Part shown: one piece after another, positions 1 through 9,100 of the stretch | Position numbering within the stretch: position 1 is the first letter of the stretch | Layout: every line of letters begins with the position of its first letter | Assembly: GCA_036788295.1 (NCBI GenBank) | Contig: DAIQNR010000006.1 | Coordinates: 51,523 to 115,522, forward strand | DNA length: 64,000 bases | Direction of reading: 5' to 3' | From: Myxococcota bacterium | Lineage (GTDB): Bacteria; Myxococcota; Kuafuiibacteriia; Kuafuiibacteriales; Kuafuiibacteriaceae | The notes under the pieces: model-generated | What the model was told of the DNA's origin: nothing | Seen by the model: only the letters and a program-made list of their open reading frames with translations | The model's database searches: none | Translations under genes and position numbers: made by a program

Positions 1-331
1 TGCAGCGCGCAGCCTCCATCATGGCTCGAGCGCGACGATAATAGCCGAGCCCCGACCACGCGGCCCGGACCGCGGCCGGGTCGGCCGAAGCGAGAGCCTC
101 CACGGTGGGGAAGAGGCCCAAGAACCGCTCGAAATAGGGGATCGCGGTGGCGACCCTGGTCTGCTGCAGCATGACCTCGGAGACCCAGATCGCGTAAGGA
201 TCGCGGGTTCGTCGCCACGGCAGGTCGCGACGGTGGGCCCGATACCAGGTGAGCAGCGCCTCTCGGAGGGCGGCGACGTCGGCGGGTGGGGGGCGAGGCG
301 CGAGCGGCTGCGGTTCGAGGTCCTCGTCCAC
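1..331 (-). CDS. mutY: A/G-specific adenine DNA glycosylase MutY. Partial: N-terminal ~110 aa, gene runs off the 5' edge of the window. Putative GTG start at 331.
   Basis: Minus-strand translation gives ...[84 protein letters not shown], closely matching the MutY N-terminus ([23 protein letters not shown]...GLGYYARAR). It is not in the ORF track because no in-window stop is present. Confidence 0.7.
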   Translation of the reverse strand, partial: [110 protein letters not shown]

Positions 332-597
332 CCGGCGAAGCTTTCGGGCGAGCCGGGCAAAATCAAGGCCGGTGACGCCAGACGCCGCGTTCGGGCTCGG
401 CGCGGGCCACGTTTTCGGCCGGAGGCGGAAGGGCCGACCCTCTCCGAGGTCTGGACACTTCTGCGACGGCGGCCCGGGCTGGTTCAGCCGTCATTCGAAC
501 GAGGGTCAGCCAGGGGTGTGACGCGGCGGAGGAGCGAGGCGAGGTCCAGGCCGGATCCTCGCCCCCGAGCGCCGAACCCCGTGGTACTCTGCCGCCC

Positions 598-1071
598 ATG
601 GCGGTGCAGCTGGTGATGTATGCAGAGGAGCACAGGCAGCTCCTCGCGGTCTCGGAGCGTCTGTGCCGGGAGGCCAACGCCCGGGTGGTGTTCATCATCG
701 ACAAGAACGGTCAGCTGCTCGCCTCGGGCGGGGACGTGAGCCGAATGGACAGCACCTCGCTCGCGTCCCTGGTCGCCGGGGAGATCGCCGCGACCGGTGG
801 GCTCGCCCAGCTCATGGGGGAGCGAGAGTTTTCGACCTTGTTTCACGAGGGGGTCAAGGAGCACCTCCACATCTCCATCATCGCGAGCCGGGTGATCCTC
901 GTCGTGATCTTCGACAGTCGGTCGAGCCTCGGGCTCGTTCGGCTGCGGGTCCGAAAGCAGTCCGAGGCGCTCGGACACATCGTCGAGGCGCTCGCTCGGC
1001 GCAGCGCCGAGCGGCCCACCGCGCTCGGCGAGATCACCGACGAAGACATCGACAACCTATTCTCGCTGTGA
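598..1071 (+). CDS. mglB: MglB, roadblock/LC7-domain GTPase-activating protein of MglA
   Basis: 157 aa. QLVMYAEE...VVFIIDKNGQLLASGG...HISIIASRVILVVIFDSRSSLGLVRLR...DIDNLFSL matches M. xanthus MglB almost colinearly. Lies immediately upstream of mglA. Confidence 0.9.
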   Translation: MAVQLVMYAEEHRQLLAVSERLCREANARVVFIIDKNGQLLASGGDVSRMDSTSLASLVAGEIAATGGLAQLMGEREFSTLFHEGVKEHLHISIIASRVILVVIFDSRSSLGLVRLRVRKQSEALGHIVEALARRSAERPTALGEITDEDIDNLFSL

Positions 1072-1078
1072 GGCTCCA

Positions 1079-1666
1079 GTGGCGTTCATCCATTACTCGA
1101 ACCGCGAGATCAACTGCAAAATCGTCTACTACGGCCCCGGCCTCGGAGGAAAGACGACGAACGTCGAGCACATCTACGAGATCACGCCCGAGCAGATCCG
1201 GGGCCGGATGATCCGGCTCGCGACCCAGACCGAGCGAACCCTGTACTTCGACTTTCTGCCGCTCCCGCTCGGGGAGATCCGTGGGTTCAAGGCCCGATTC
1301 TATCTATACACCGTACCAGGGCAGGTGTTCTACCACGCGAGCCGGAAGCTCATCCTCCGGGATGTAGACGGCGTGGTGTTCGTCGCCGACAGCCAGGCCG
1401 ATCGCATGGAGAACAACCAGACGTCGATGGACAGCTTGAAGTCCGATCTCGCCGAATACGGCCTCGACCCGGCCAAGGTCCCGCTGGTCATTCAGTACAA
1501 CAAACGCGATCTGCCCGACGTCGCGCCGGTCGCGGACATGTCTCGGCTCCTCAACACGACCAAGTGCCCCGAGTTCGAGGCGGTGGCGACCACCGGCCAC
1601 GGCGTGCTCGACACCCTGAAGGCGATCGCCCGGCTCGTTTTCCAGGAGCTTCAGCGGGGCCGCTGA
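1079..1666 (+). CDS. mglA: MglA, Ras-like small GTPase (mutual gliding motility protein A)
   Basis: 195 aa. REINCKIVYYGPGLGGKTTN P-loop, LYFDFLPLPLGEIRGFKARFYLYTVPGQVFY, VIQYNKRDLP. About 65% identical to M. xanthus MglA by eye. 8 nt after the mglB stop. Confidence 0.95.
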   Translation: MAFIHYSNREINCKIVYYGPGLGGKTTNVEHIYEITPEQIRGRMIRLATQTERTLYFDFLPLPLGEIRGFKARFYLYTVPGQVFYHASRKLILRDVDGVVFVADSQADRMENNQTSMDSLKSDLAEYGLDPAKVPLVIQYNKRDLPDVAPVADMSRLLNTTKCPEFEAVATTGHGVLDTLKAIARLVFQELQRGR

Positions 1667-1711
1667 CCACCGGTCGATTGACAAGAGCGGCCTAGACCCT
1701 ACTTTCGCCCC

Positions 1712-3154
1712 ATGCAGCGGTCGTTTCCGGCGCTGGTCGCGGCTGCGATGGCGGCCGGGTGCTCGAGCGAAGAGCCAACGCCGAACAACCTGGCCCTGGT
1801 GGTGCCCTCCAGCCCGGTTGGATTCTTGGCCGGCGTGGTGCAGGACGCGGTCTCCGACCAGCCCATCGAGGGGACGAGGGTCGATGTGTTCGGCGGTGGG
1901 GTGGCGGCCGAGGCGCTGACGGGCGCCGACGGCCGGTTCAGCGTCGGCCCGGTGGCGGCGGGGGCAGCGCTGCTCGTGTCCTTGTCCCGCGATGGGTACA
2001 CCCCGCTCCAGCGAACGGCGACCATTCCCTCTTCCTCGGGGGACTTTCCTACGGACAACGGCGCGGTGCTCCTTCAGGCGAAGCTGGTCCCGGCGACGGG
2101 AATTCTCGACGTGGACGTCGCCGACTCCGCCGGCCGCCCGGTGCCGGCAGCCGTGGTCCAGGTCAGCGTGACCGGCGAGGCCGGCGTCTACAGCGCCACC
2201 ACCGATGGGTCGGGCCGCGCCTCGCTGTCGGCGCTCCCGGATGTGTGGCGGGTCGCGCCCCGAGCCTGGGTGGAGCTGTGGGTGACGGTCAGCCCGCCGA
2301 CCCCCGAGTACGGAACGTGGAGCCAGGCCCTCCGCCCGTCCGATCTGGCGGCCGGGGTCCGCCGGCTCACAGCGGTCCTGCCCCGTTCGGACCCGCCTAC
2401 GCCGCTGTCGCTGCTGGCGACGAACGCCGCGGACTCCGGTCTGACCATCGTGGATGCAGAGGAGGGCCTCGTGTTCCTGTTCGACCGGCCGGTGTCGGTG
2501 AACGCGTTTTCGGCGGAGCTGTTCGACGACGCCGCGCAGAGGGTCGGGGTCGAACTCTCGCTCGGGGAGCTTCCGGGCCGGGTAGCGGCGCGCCCGAGCG
2601 AAGCGCGCCCCGGACTTGGCTATTTTCTTCGGCTCCGCAGTCTGGACGGGGCTTGGCGGTGGGAGCGGCCGTTTTTCTTGGCCGATCCGGGCGACCAGCC
2701 GGTGGCGGTGTCCGGTCGCTGGGTCGATGGGACCGGGCAGGGCCAATGGGGCAGCCGCGCCGACCGCCTGATCCTCGAGACCAACCTCCCGATGGGGCGC
2801 AAGGATAGCCCCGGGTTTCGCGCTCGCGTGTGGCTCGAGCTCGATCTCGATGGCTCCGGCCGGGTGGGCGATGGCCCGGGCGAGCGCCCCGGCTCCGGCG
2901 CGCCCGACGCCTACCCACCGGGGCTGCCGCTCGACGGCGAGGCGGTGGTCCCCTCGGGCTTCGTCCCCTCCGGGTTCGGGCGGACCATGGCGGGCCCTGG
3001 GCCTTCGGTCGCAGAACCGCTCACCGATCCCGCGTCGAGGGTCGGGTTCGAAGTTCGTTTCCCCACTTCGGAAAATGGCGGCGAGGCGCTCCGGACGCCG
3101 CCGGGGCGTCCGGTGCCCGCCGCTCTCACCGGCGTCCTGTCCCTGTCCCGCTGA
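1712..3154 (+). CDS. Lipoprotein with carboxypeptidase-regulatory-like (CarbopepD_reg) beta-sandwich domain
   Basis: 480 aa. N-terminal signal with lipobox MAAGC. Segment GVVQDAVSDQPIEGTRVDVFGG...LTGADGRFSVGPVAAGAALLVSLSRDGYTP is typical of CarbopepD_reg_2 domains. Stop overlaps the next start (TGATG). Confidence 0.6.
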   Translation: MQRSFPALVAAAMAAGCSSEEPTPNNLALVVPSSPVGFLAGVVQDAVSDQPIEGTRVDVFGGGVAAEALTGADGRFSVGPVAAGAALLVSLSRDGYTPLQRTATIPSSSGDFPTDNGAVLLQAKLVPATGILDVDVADSAGRPVPAAVVQVSVTGEAGVYSATTDGSGRASLSALPDVWRVAPRAWVELWVTVSPPTPEYGTWSQALRPSDLAAGVRRLTAVLPRSDPPTPLSLLATNAADSGLTIVDAEEGLVFLFDRPVSVNAFSAELFDDAAQRVGVELSLGELPGRVAARPSEARPGLGYFLRLRSLDGAWRWERPFFLADPGDQPVAVSGRWVDGTGQGQWGSRADRLILETNLPMGRKDSPGFRARVWLELDLDGSGRVGDGPGERPGSGAPDAYPPGLPLDGEAVVPSGFVPSGFGRTMAGPGPSVAEPLTDPASRVGFEVRFPTSENGGEALRTPPGRPVPAALTGVLSLSR

Positions 3155-3501
3155 TGGAGTCGGCGGTCGGGCGGTGGCTCGAGGGCCACATCTTTCCCAC
3201 GCAGCGGCTGCTGAGGACACTCATCGACCTGGGGTCGGGCGCGGCGCCCTCCGCTCGGGCTGAGCTGGAGGGTCGCGAGCTGGTGTTCCGGTGCTCCGAC
3301 CGGGGCCGAGGGTTTCTGCGGGTCATCCCCCAGGTGAGCGGCGCCCTGCTCGCCTTTCCGCGCGGAGGCGAGCTCTTCGACCCGAAAGGGCAGCTGCGGG
3401 GGCCGGCCGGACTGCAGCGGATGGTCGCGGTCAAAGACCAGTCCGACCTCGATCCCTACCTTCGCCGCCTGATCGACGAGGCGGCTCGGCTCGATCGATG
3501 A
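3154..3501 (+). CDS. Hypothetical protein, translationally coupled to the upstream lipoprotein gene
   Basis: 115 aa. Starts MESAVGRWLEG at the ATG overlapping the upstream TGA. Mixed, protein-like composition. No recognisable motif. Confidence 0.45.
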   Translation: MESAVGRWLEGHIFPTQRLLRTLIDLGSGAAPSARAELEGRELVFRCSDRGRGFLRVIPQVSGALLAFPRGGELFDPKGQLRGPAGLQRMVAVKDQSDLDPYLRRLIDEAARLDR

Positions 3502-3504
3502 CGC

Positions 3505-3945
3505 TCACCCGGGGGAGCGAACGAGGCGGAAGTCGTCCACGTGCAGCTTCGGCGGATTGGACCGGGAGAGCAGCCCCTCGATGACATAGGTCGCTCCCGG
3601 CTCGAACGGGTGGCACTTCACCTGGTTGAGCTTGCCCCGGCACTGGATCGCTTGTCCTTCCCACACCCCGGCGAGCACCACCGGCCAGCCCTCGACCCCG
3701 GGCACGTCGAGCACGAAGGGCCCTTTGCAGACCTGGCAGTCCCGGCAGTAGGTCATGAACCGACCGTCTTCGGTGTCGAGCCGGCACCGGATCCCGGTGC
3801 GCAGCTTGGCCTTGACGGTCACCTTCTTGCCGAGGTGCGAGTCGAGCTCGGAGACGAGCTTTGCCGCGTCGAGGGGGCCCTCCGCGCACCCCAGCGCGCC
3901 GATGCCCAGAGCAGTCAAGGAGACCAGGATCAGAGTGGTTTTCAT
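3505..3945 (-). CDS. Small Cys-rich lipoprotein (146 aa)
   Basis: MKTTLILVSLTALGIGALGCAEG signal/lipobox, 8 further Cys (YCRDCQVCKG, QCRGKLNQVKC). GGAGG RBS 5 nt upstream. Real start lies inside the 331-aa track ORF. Start ATG overlaps the upstream gene stop (ATGA). Confidence 0.6.
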   Translation of the reverse strand: MKTTLILVSLTALGIGALGCAEGPLDAAKLVSELDSHLGKKVTVKAKLRTGIRCRLDTEDGRFMTYCRDCQVCKGPFVLDVPGVEGWPVVLAGVWEGQAIQCRGKLNQVKCHPFEPGATYVIEGLLSRSNPPKLHVDDFRLVRSPG

Positions 3946-4532
3946 CGGTCCTCCAGCCGCGCGGTCATCAGGCCGGTGCCCCATTCGGGGTTCGTGGTTG
4001 GCCCTTCGACCTCGCATTCGAGAAAAAGGTGTCGGTCTTCGAAGAACAGGTGCGGCCCGACCCGATGCGACCCCGGCGCGGCGAGCGAGGGCGGCAGCCC
4101 GGCGGTGGGCAGGGCAGCCGGGTCGGCCTCCAGCGGTCGGCCATAAAGCGCGAGCACGGTCCGGTCGCTGGCAAAGAACAGGTCGAGCATGGTCGCGTCC
4201 CCGGGGTCGTCGCCTTGGAGCGCCGCTCGCGCCGCCACCTTCGCCGCGAGCAGCCCCTCCGAGGGATGGTGGTGCCCGGATGACGACCCGACCGCCAGCG
4301 CCCAGGCGCTCTTGCGCTCGGCTTGGCGGCCGAGCGCATAGTCGCCGGGCGGCAGCCCCGCCCACCATGGGGCGCGGCCCTGGGCGACCGCGGAGTCGAT
4401 CGGCGGTTGGGGAGGATCCGGCGGCCGCGCCGCGGGGACCGAGCTCGTCGGCGGGGCCGGTCGGGCGCGACTCGAGGGGCCGGCCGCCATCGGCGCGCAT
4501 CCGAGCACGGCGATGAGGACGAAGGCTCTCAC
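3942..4532 (-). CDS. Hypothetical lipoprotein (about 197 aa)
   Basis: GTG start at 4532..4530 overlaps the TGA of the upstream gene (GTGA). Product begins VRAFVLIAVLGCAP (lipobox). Longer in-frame extension rejected because it would overlap the upstream gene by 200 nt. Confidence 0.5.
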   Translation of the reverse strand: MRAFVLIAVLGCAPMAAGPSSRARPAPPTSSVPAARPPDPPQPPIDSAVAQGRAPWWAGLPPGDYALGRQAERKSAWALAVGSSSGHHHPSEGLLAAKVAARAALQGDDPGDATMLDLFFASDRTVLALYGRPLEADPAALPTAGLPPSLAAPGSHRVGPHLFFEDRHLFLECEVEGPTTNPEWGTGLMTARLEDR

Positions 4533-5755
4533 GGCGAGAACCTCATCCGGCCGAACCGGTCCACGGCATGGAAATCCCCCACCCGGGGCGGGGACCAGGC
4601 CGAGTACTCCATCCGCTCTTCGCCGTCGTCGCGAAACGACTCCACCCGAAACGCGTTCATCCGCCACTCGGCCCCCGGCGCCGGGGGCCCGGTCACGCCG
4701 CGAATCCCCGTCCACGGGACCTTCCATTCGCTGGTCCAGCCCCGGTCCGGGCGGCCGTCGTTCAGGGTGCCGTCGACTTTCGTGCCCACGGTCTGGCCAG
4801 CGTCGTACGACCGGTTCATGCCCTGTCTGGGGCCATCGAAGCTCGCGTCGAAGATGACTCCGGTTGGGCTCGCCTGAAGCTCGACGTAGGGCCCCGTGTC
4901 GGGGGCGGCGACCCCGGGCATCAAGAACAGCTCGACCGCCTCGAACTCGTAGATCGGGGCGTCCCGCATCGTGTGCTTCTCCCGCACGTCGCGATCTTCG
5001 GCCTCGAAAGCGACGTAGAGATAATCGTCGTCGTACAACAATCGGAGCCGGGTCGGAAACTGGATGGGGCGGGGCCGCCCGAGCGTGTCCGACATCTCGA
5101 GCACCGGTGCCCGCCCCCAGTCTGGTTCATCGAGGACGCCATCCGGCTCGATCCGGCCCCGGGCCCTGGGGACGAGCACCTCGGGGAGGCCGGGCGGCGG
5201 CAGGCCGGCGACCGGCAACTGTACGGCGAGGACCCGGTCACGGCCGTCCGACGAGCCGGGCCCGGCCTCGACCGTCATGCGGTTTGGCCCATCGAACAAC
5301 CCAACCCACACCGAGTAGAGCCCCCTCGGTGCGTCCGGGGGAATCGAGATCCGGTGCACGTCGAGCCAGCGCTCTTTGGCCTTCATCGCGGAGAACGGAA
5401 CCCTGCCCTCGACCGGGCGGTGGTCCGCCACCGCGTACCGGGTCCCCGCGGCCTCGAGGTGAACGAACACCGATGGGTCGGTCGAAAACGGTCGCTCGAC
5501 CTCGAAGACGTGGGACAGCTCGAGCGCGTCGCCCGCCGACGGACTCGCCGGCACGACGGAGAGCCCCAGGTACCGAATTCGCCCCGGCCCCCCACGCTCC
5601 ACGAAGACGGCCTCGGACCGGTGGCCCGGTTCGGCGGCGGGGGCGAGGAACGCCCGCACGAGCGCAGCCGGTCGAGGCTCCTCTCGACAGCCGCCGAGCG
5701 CGAGCAGCGGGGCCCAAGCCAAGACCACCAGACACCGACCGTTCACACTCTCCAT
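4529..5755 (-). CDS. Lipoprotein with CBM9/DOMON-like carbohydrate-binding domain
   Basis: 408 aa. Signal plus lipobox LALGGC. C-terminal half has the YDDDYLYVAFEAED...ELFLMPG... pattern typical of CBM9-like / DOMON-like domains. Confidence 0.6.
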   Translation of the reverse strand: MESVNGRCLVVLAWAPLLALGGCREEPRPAALVRAFLAPAAEPGHRSEAVFVERGGPGRIRYLGLSVVPASPSAGDALELSHVFEVERPFSTDPSVFVHLEAAGTRYAVADHRPVEGRVPFSAMKAKERWLDVHRISIPPDAPRGLYSVWVGLFDGPNRMTVEAGPGSSDGRDRVLAVQLPVAGLPPPGLPEVLVPRARGRIEPDGVLDEPDWGRAPVLEMSDTLGRPRPIQFPTRLRLLYDDDYLYVAFEAEDRDVREKHTMRDAPIYEFEAVELFLMPGVAAPDTGPYVELQASPTGVIFDASFDGPRQGMNRSYDAGQTVGTKVDGTLNDGRPDRGWTSEWKVPWTGIRGVTGPPAPGAEWRMNAFRVESFRDDGEERMEYSAWSPPRVGDFHAVDRFGRMRFSP

Positions 5756-5861
5756 TCAGCGGCAGGCGCGCCCCCGAGTCCACCCTCACCGCCCTGTCAC
5801 GAAGTTAACGGGCCCGTGCGCCCAGGCACGCTGCGAGACCAGAAACCACCGCAGAGGCGAA

Positions 5862-5877
5862 CGGCACCGCTTTCGCA
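5862..5877 (+). promoter_or_regulatory. Candidate sigma-54 (-24/-12) promoter element cGGCAC-N5-TCGCA upstream of the metzincin gene
   Basis: Sequence cggcaccgctttcgca fits TGGCAC-N5-TTGCA at 9 of the 11 consensus positions. Plus orientation, about 290 bp upstream of the 6165 start, in a 410-bp divergent intergenic region. Confidence 0.25.
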
Positions 5878-6164
5878 GAGGAAGCGATTCACGGCGCTGC
5901 CCGGGATGAAAACCCGGTTTGGCCCCCTGGAAACCCGGACGAGGATCGACCCATCGGACGAACGGCGAAACACAGCGGTCACACTGGACTTCCCGGCCTG
6001 AAACTTGGAAGGTCCCGGCCCGTGCCTAGGTGCGGATCGGCGACAGTCCGAGAGGCTGCTCCGGGGACCCCAGAGCCGAGCGGCTGGGCAAGAACGTGCG
6101 AGCGCGAGGGGCGGTCCCGGGCGGTTTGGGCTGCGAAGAGCGCAAGGAGATACGAGGTCATCGA

Positions 6165-9100
6165 ATGAACGAAGGACGCGGAGTGACGGTGAGGATGAAA
6201 GCGGCCCGGGTGCTGGCCCTGCTAGGCGCCTCGGCGACGGTGACCGCTGGGGTCGCGTCGTGCGTGCCGAGAAACCAGGACATCAACCGGGTCCAACCGG
6301 GGTTTGTCCGAAAGGCCATCTTCCAGACCGACCACGAGTGGTACTACCGCCGGACGGTCGCGCGGTCGGAGACGACCAACCAGTACATCATCGAAGGTCA
6401 CGGCGACATCGCGCTCGACCGCGTGAAATTCGATGTGCAGGAAAACCTGCTCCTGGCCTACCAGCCGTACGAGAACCTCCCCGGGACCACGCTCGCGACC
6501 CTGCCTGGCAACACGAGCTACAAGGGGCCCGTGCTCGCGGCATGGCCGATCACGTCGCACTTCGACATCATTCGAAACTACGATCCCCTCACCGGGAACC
6601 TGACGAACCTCATCGTCGAGAACACGGTCGATAGGCCGTGGCACGAGCGAGAGTTCATCAGGGTCGATTGGCACCACAACCTCGTCGAAGGGTCCATCTT
6701 CGCCGACTACTCCGGCTACTGGTTCCCGGTGAACTACGTCAGCGCCGACACCGGCTTCTGGCGAAACCTCGAGGAGAGCCCAACCGACCCGTTCGCGTCG
6801 CGGTTCAGCGACGACTACGTCGAGGTCAACGAGACCGTCGCCCTCGGCATGGACATCTTCATGTGCGCGTCGATGACCGGCTTCTCGTGGGCCGGCTTCT
6901 CGAACTGCGGATTCGGTGAGGCCCAGCTCCGCCACTCGTTCAAGCGCATCGACGAGCCCTCCGACTACATCCCCCGCGAGTTCCCGGATTCGATCGTGCG
7001 CAAGGGGGCGGACGGGCAGCCGATGTTCGACCCCGAGACCGGCGAGGTGGTCCGCGAACACATCTACAACCGGTTTGGAATCTTCCGGATCACGACCCCG
7101 ACCTACGACCCCGGGTACGGGCTGACCGAATCGGGGCGCCTCTTCCGCGCCATGCTGTTCGACATCTGGGAGCGCCACACCGACGCCCAGGGGACGCCCC
7201 TCCCGTTCGCGGCACGGACAGAGAAGCCGATCGTCTACTACCTGAACCACGACTACCCAAACCGCTACCGCCAGGTCGCTCGCGAAGTCGCCGACGAGTA
7301 CAACCGAGTCTTCACCTCCATGGTCGCCGACCTCAAGGGCGTGGAGTACGACCCGGAGACCAACAACTGCGGCGAGGGGTGGCCGGTGCAGTGCATGTTC
7401 GAGATCCGGGACAACGACTGCAGCGAGCCCAACGTCATCCGCTACGTGAACGACAACCCGGATCTGCTGTTTGCGGTGGAGCGAGCGGTGTGCCGCGACG
7501 GCGAGTCCTGCGGTGTGACGCTCGCGGACCTCTCGAGCGCGATCGGCGTCGGCAACCTCGACCAGGTCTGCACCTCTCTCGAGGCCGCGACCGTCGATCC
7601 CCAGACCGGAAAGTCGGACTTCGATTGGCAGCGCGTCGGTGACCCGCGCTACAACATGCTGGTCTACCTGAACAACCCGCAGCGCTCCCCATGGGGCGGC
7701 TACGGCCCCATGCACGCCGATTCGCGGACCGGACGCACCGTGTCGGCGACGTCCTTCATCCGCGGCCACTACTACGAGATCGGCGCCGCAAACGTGGTGG
7801 ATTACATCGAGCTCATCAACGACGAGAAGAGCATCGACGACATCATCTACGGGCAGGACATCCGGCGTCACGTCCGCGACACGCTGCAGAGGGGCGGATT
7901 CCTCGCCAACATGCAGGCTTCGCCCGGCTTCCTCGACCGGCTCGGGGAGCGGATCAGCGACCGCGGGGTGACGAGGGACGAGCTCCTGCCCCGGGTCGAG
8001 AACACCCGCCACCAGATGAGCCGCCTCGACCGAATCAAGGGGACGAAGTTCGAAGACACCCTCATCACCGAAGCCGACCTCCTGATGGCCTCCAACGGCC
8101 AGTGGGACCCGAGACTCGGACCGGCTCCCGACGACCTGAAGGAGCACGCGTCCCCGCTTGGGCGGCTGACGTTCGGGAACCCCGCCTCGCCGCAGCGCCG
8201 CGCCGCGCAGGCAGCGCTCGGGGAGGCCGGCTACTGCTTTCTCGCCGCCGACTTCGACCCCCACTGGGCCGGAATGGCGCTCGCGCTTCGCGACGCCGAC
8301 CGAGAGGAGCGCTTCCGCGTCGCCTCCGAGCGACTCATCAAGCACGTGATCCTGCACGAGCTCGGCCACAACGTCGGCCTCGCCCACAACTTCGAGGGCA
8401 GCTACGACGCCATGAACTACGAGCCCGAGTTCTGGGACCTCGAGGGACGCACCGCTCAGGAGAAGCTGGAGGGTCGCCAAGATGAGCTCAAGCAAACGAC
8501 CGTGATGGAGTACATGCCGAGCGGCAAGGGCGCTTTCGGCGACTACCTCGGAAAGTACGACGAGGCCGCGCTGCGGTTCGCCTACGGCAACCAGGTCGAA
8601 GTGTTCGACGGCCCCGACGTGGACCCGAACCTTCGCGGCGGGGAGGCGCTCCGGGCGTGGCGGTACCTGAACGACTACCGCTCCATCCCCGACCACCTCT
8701 GCGGCTCGAACGGATGCTCCACGCCGGCCCAGCGGGCCGCCGTGGTGACTCAGCGGAGGTGGGTCGATTTCGATCCCCAGAACCCGCCCCAAAACGAGGT
8801 GCCGTACCTCTTCTGCGACAACTACTTCAACCGCATGACGCCGTTCTGCGCGACGTTCGACTTCGGCGCCAACCTGCGGGAGGTGTTCTCGAACTACTAC
8901 GTGATGTGGTCGCAGTACTTCTTCTTCAACAACTTCGCTCGCGACCGCATCTCGCCGATCTCTTGGAACATCAACTCCGCGCTGACCCCTGCGTTCTTGG
9001 CGATGAACTTCGTCGATACCGTGGCGCAGTACTTCTACTTCCTGAACGTCACGCAGGGAGCGGAGTTCCGGAGGACGGCGCTGCACGAGGACATGGCGAC

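Noticed and set aside
19-366. 115-aa minus ORF at the window start
   Set aside because: It is a wrong frame of the mutY region. The mutY frame gives a clear glycosylase N-terminus, while this frame is Ser/Pro/Arg-rich.
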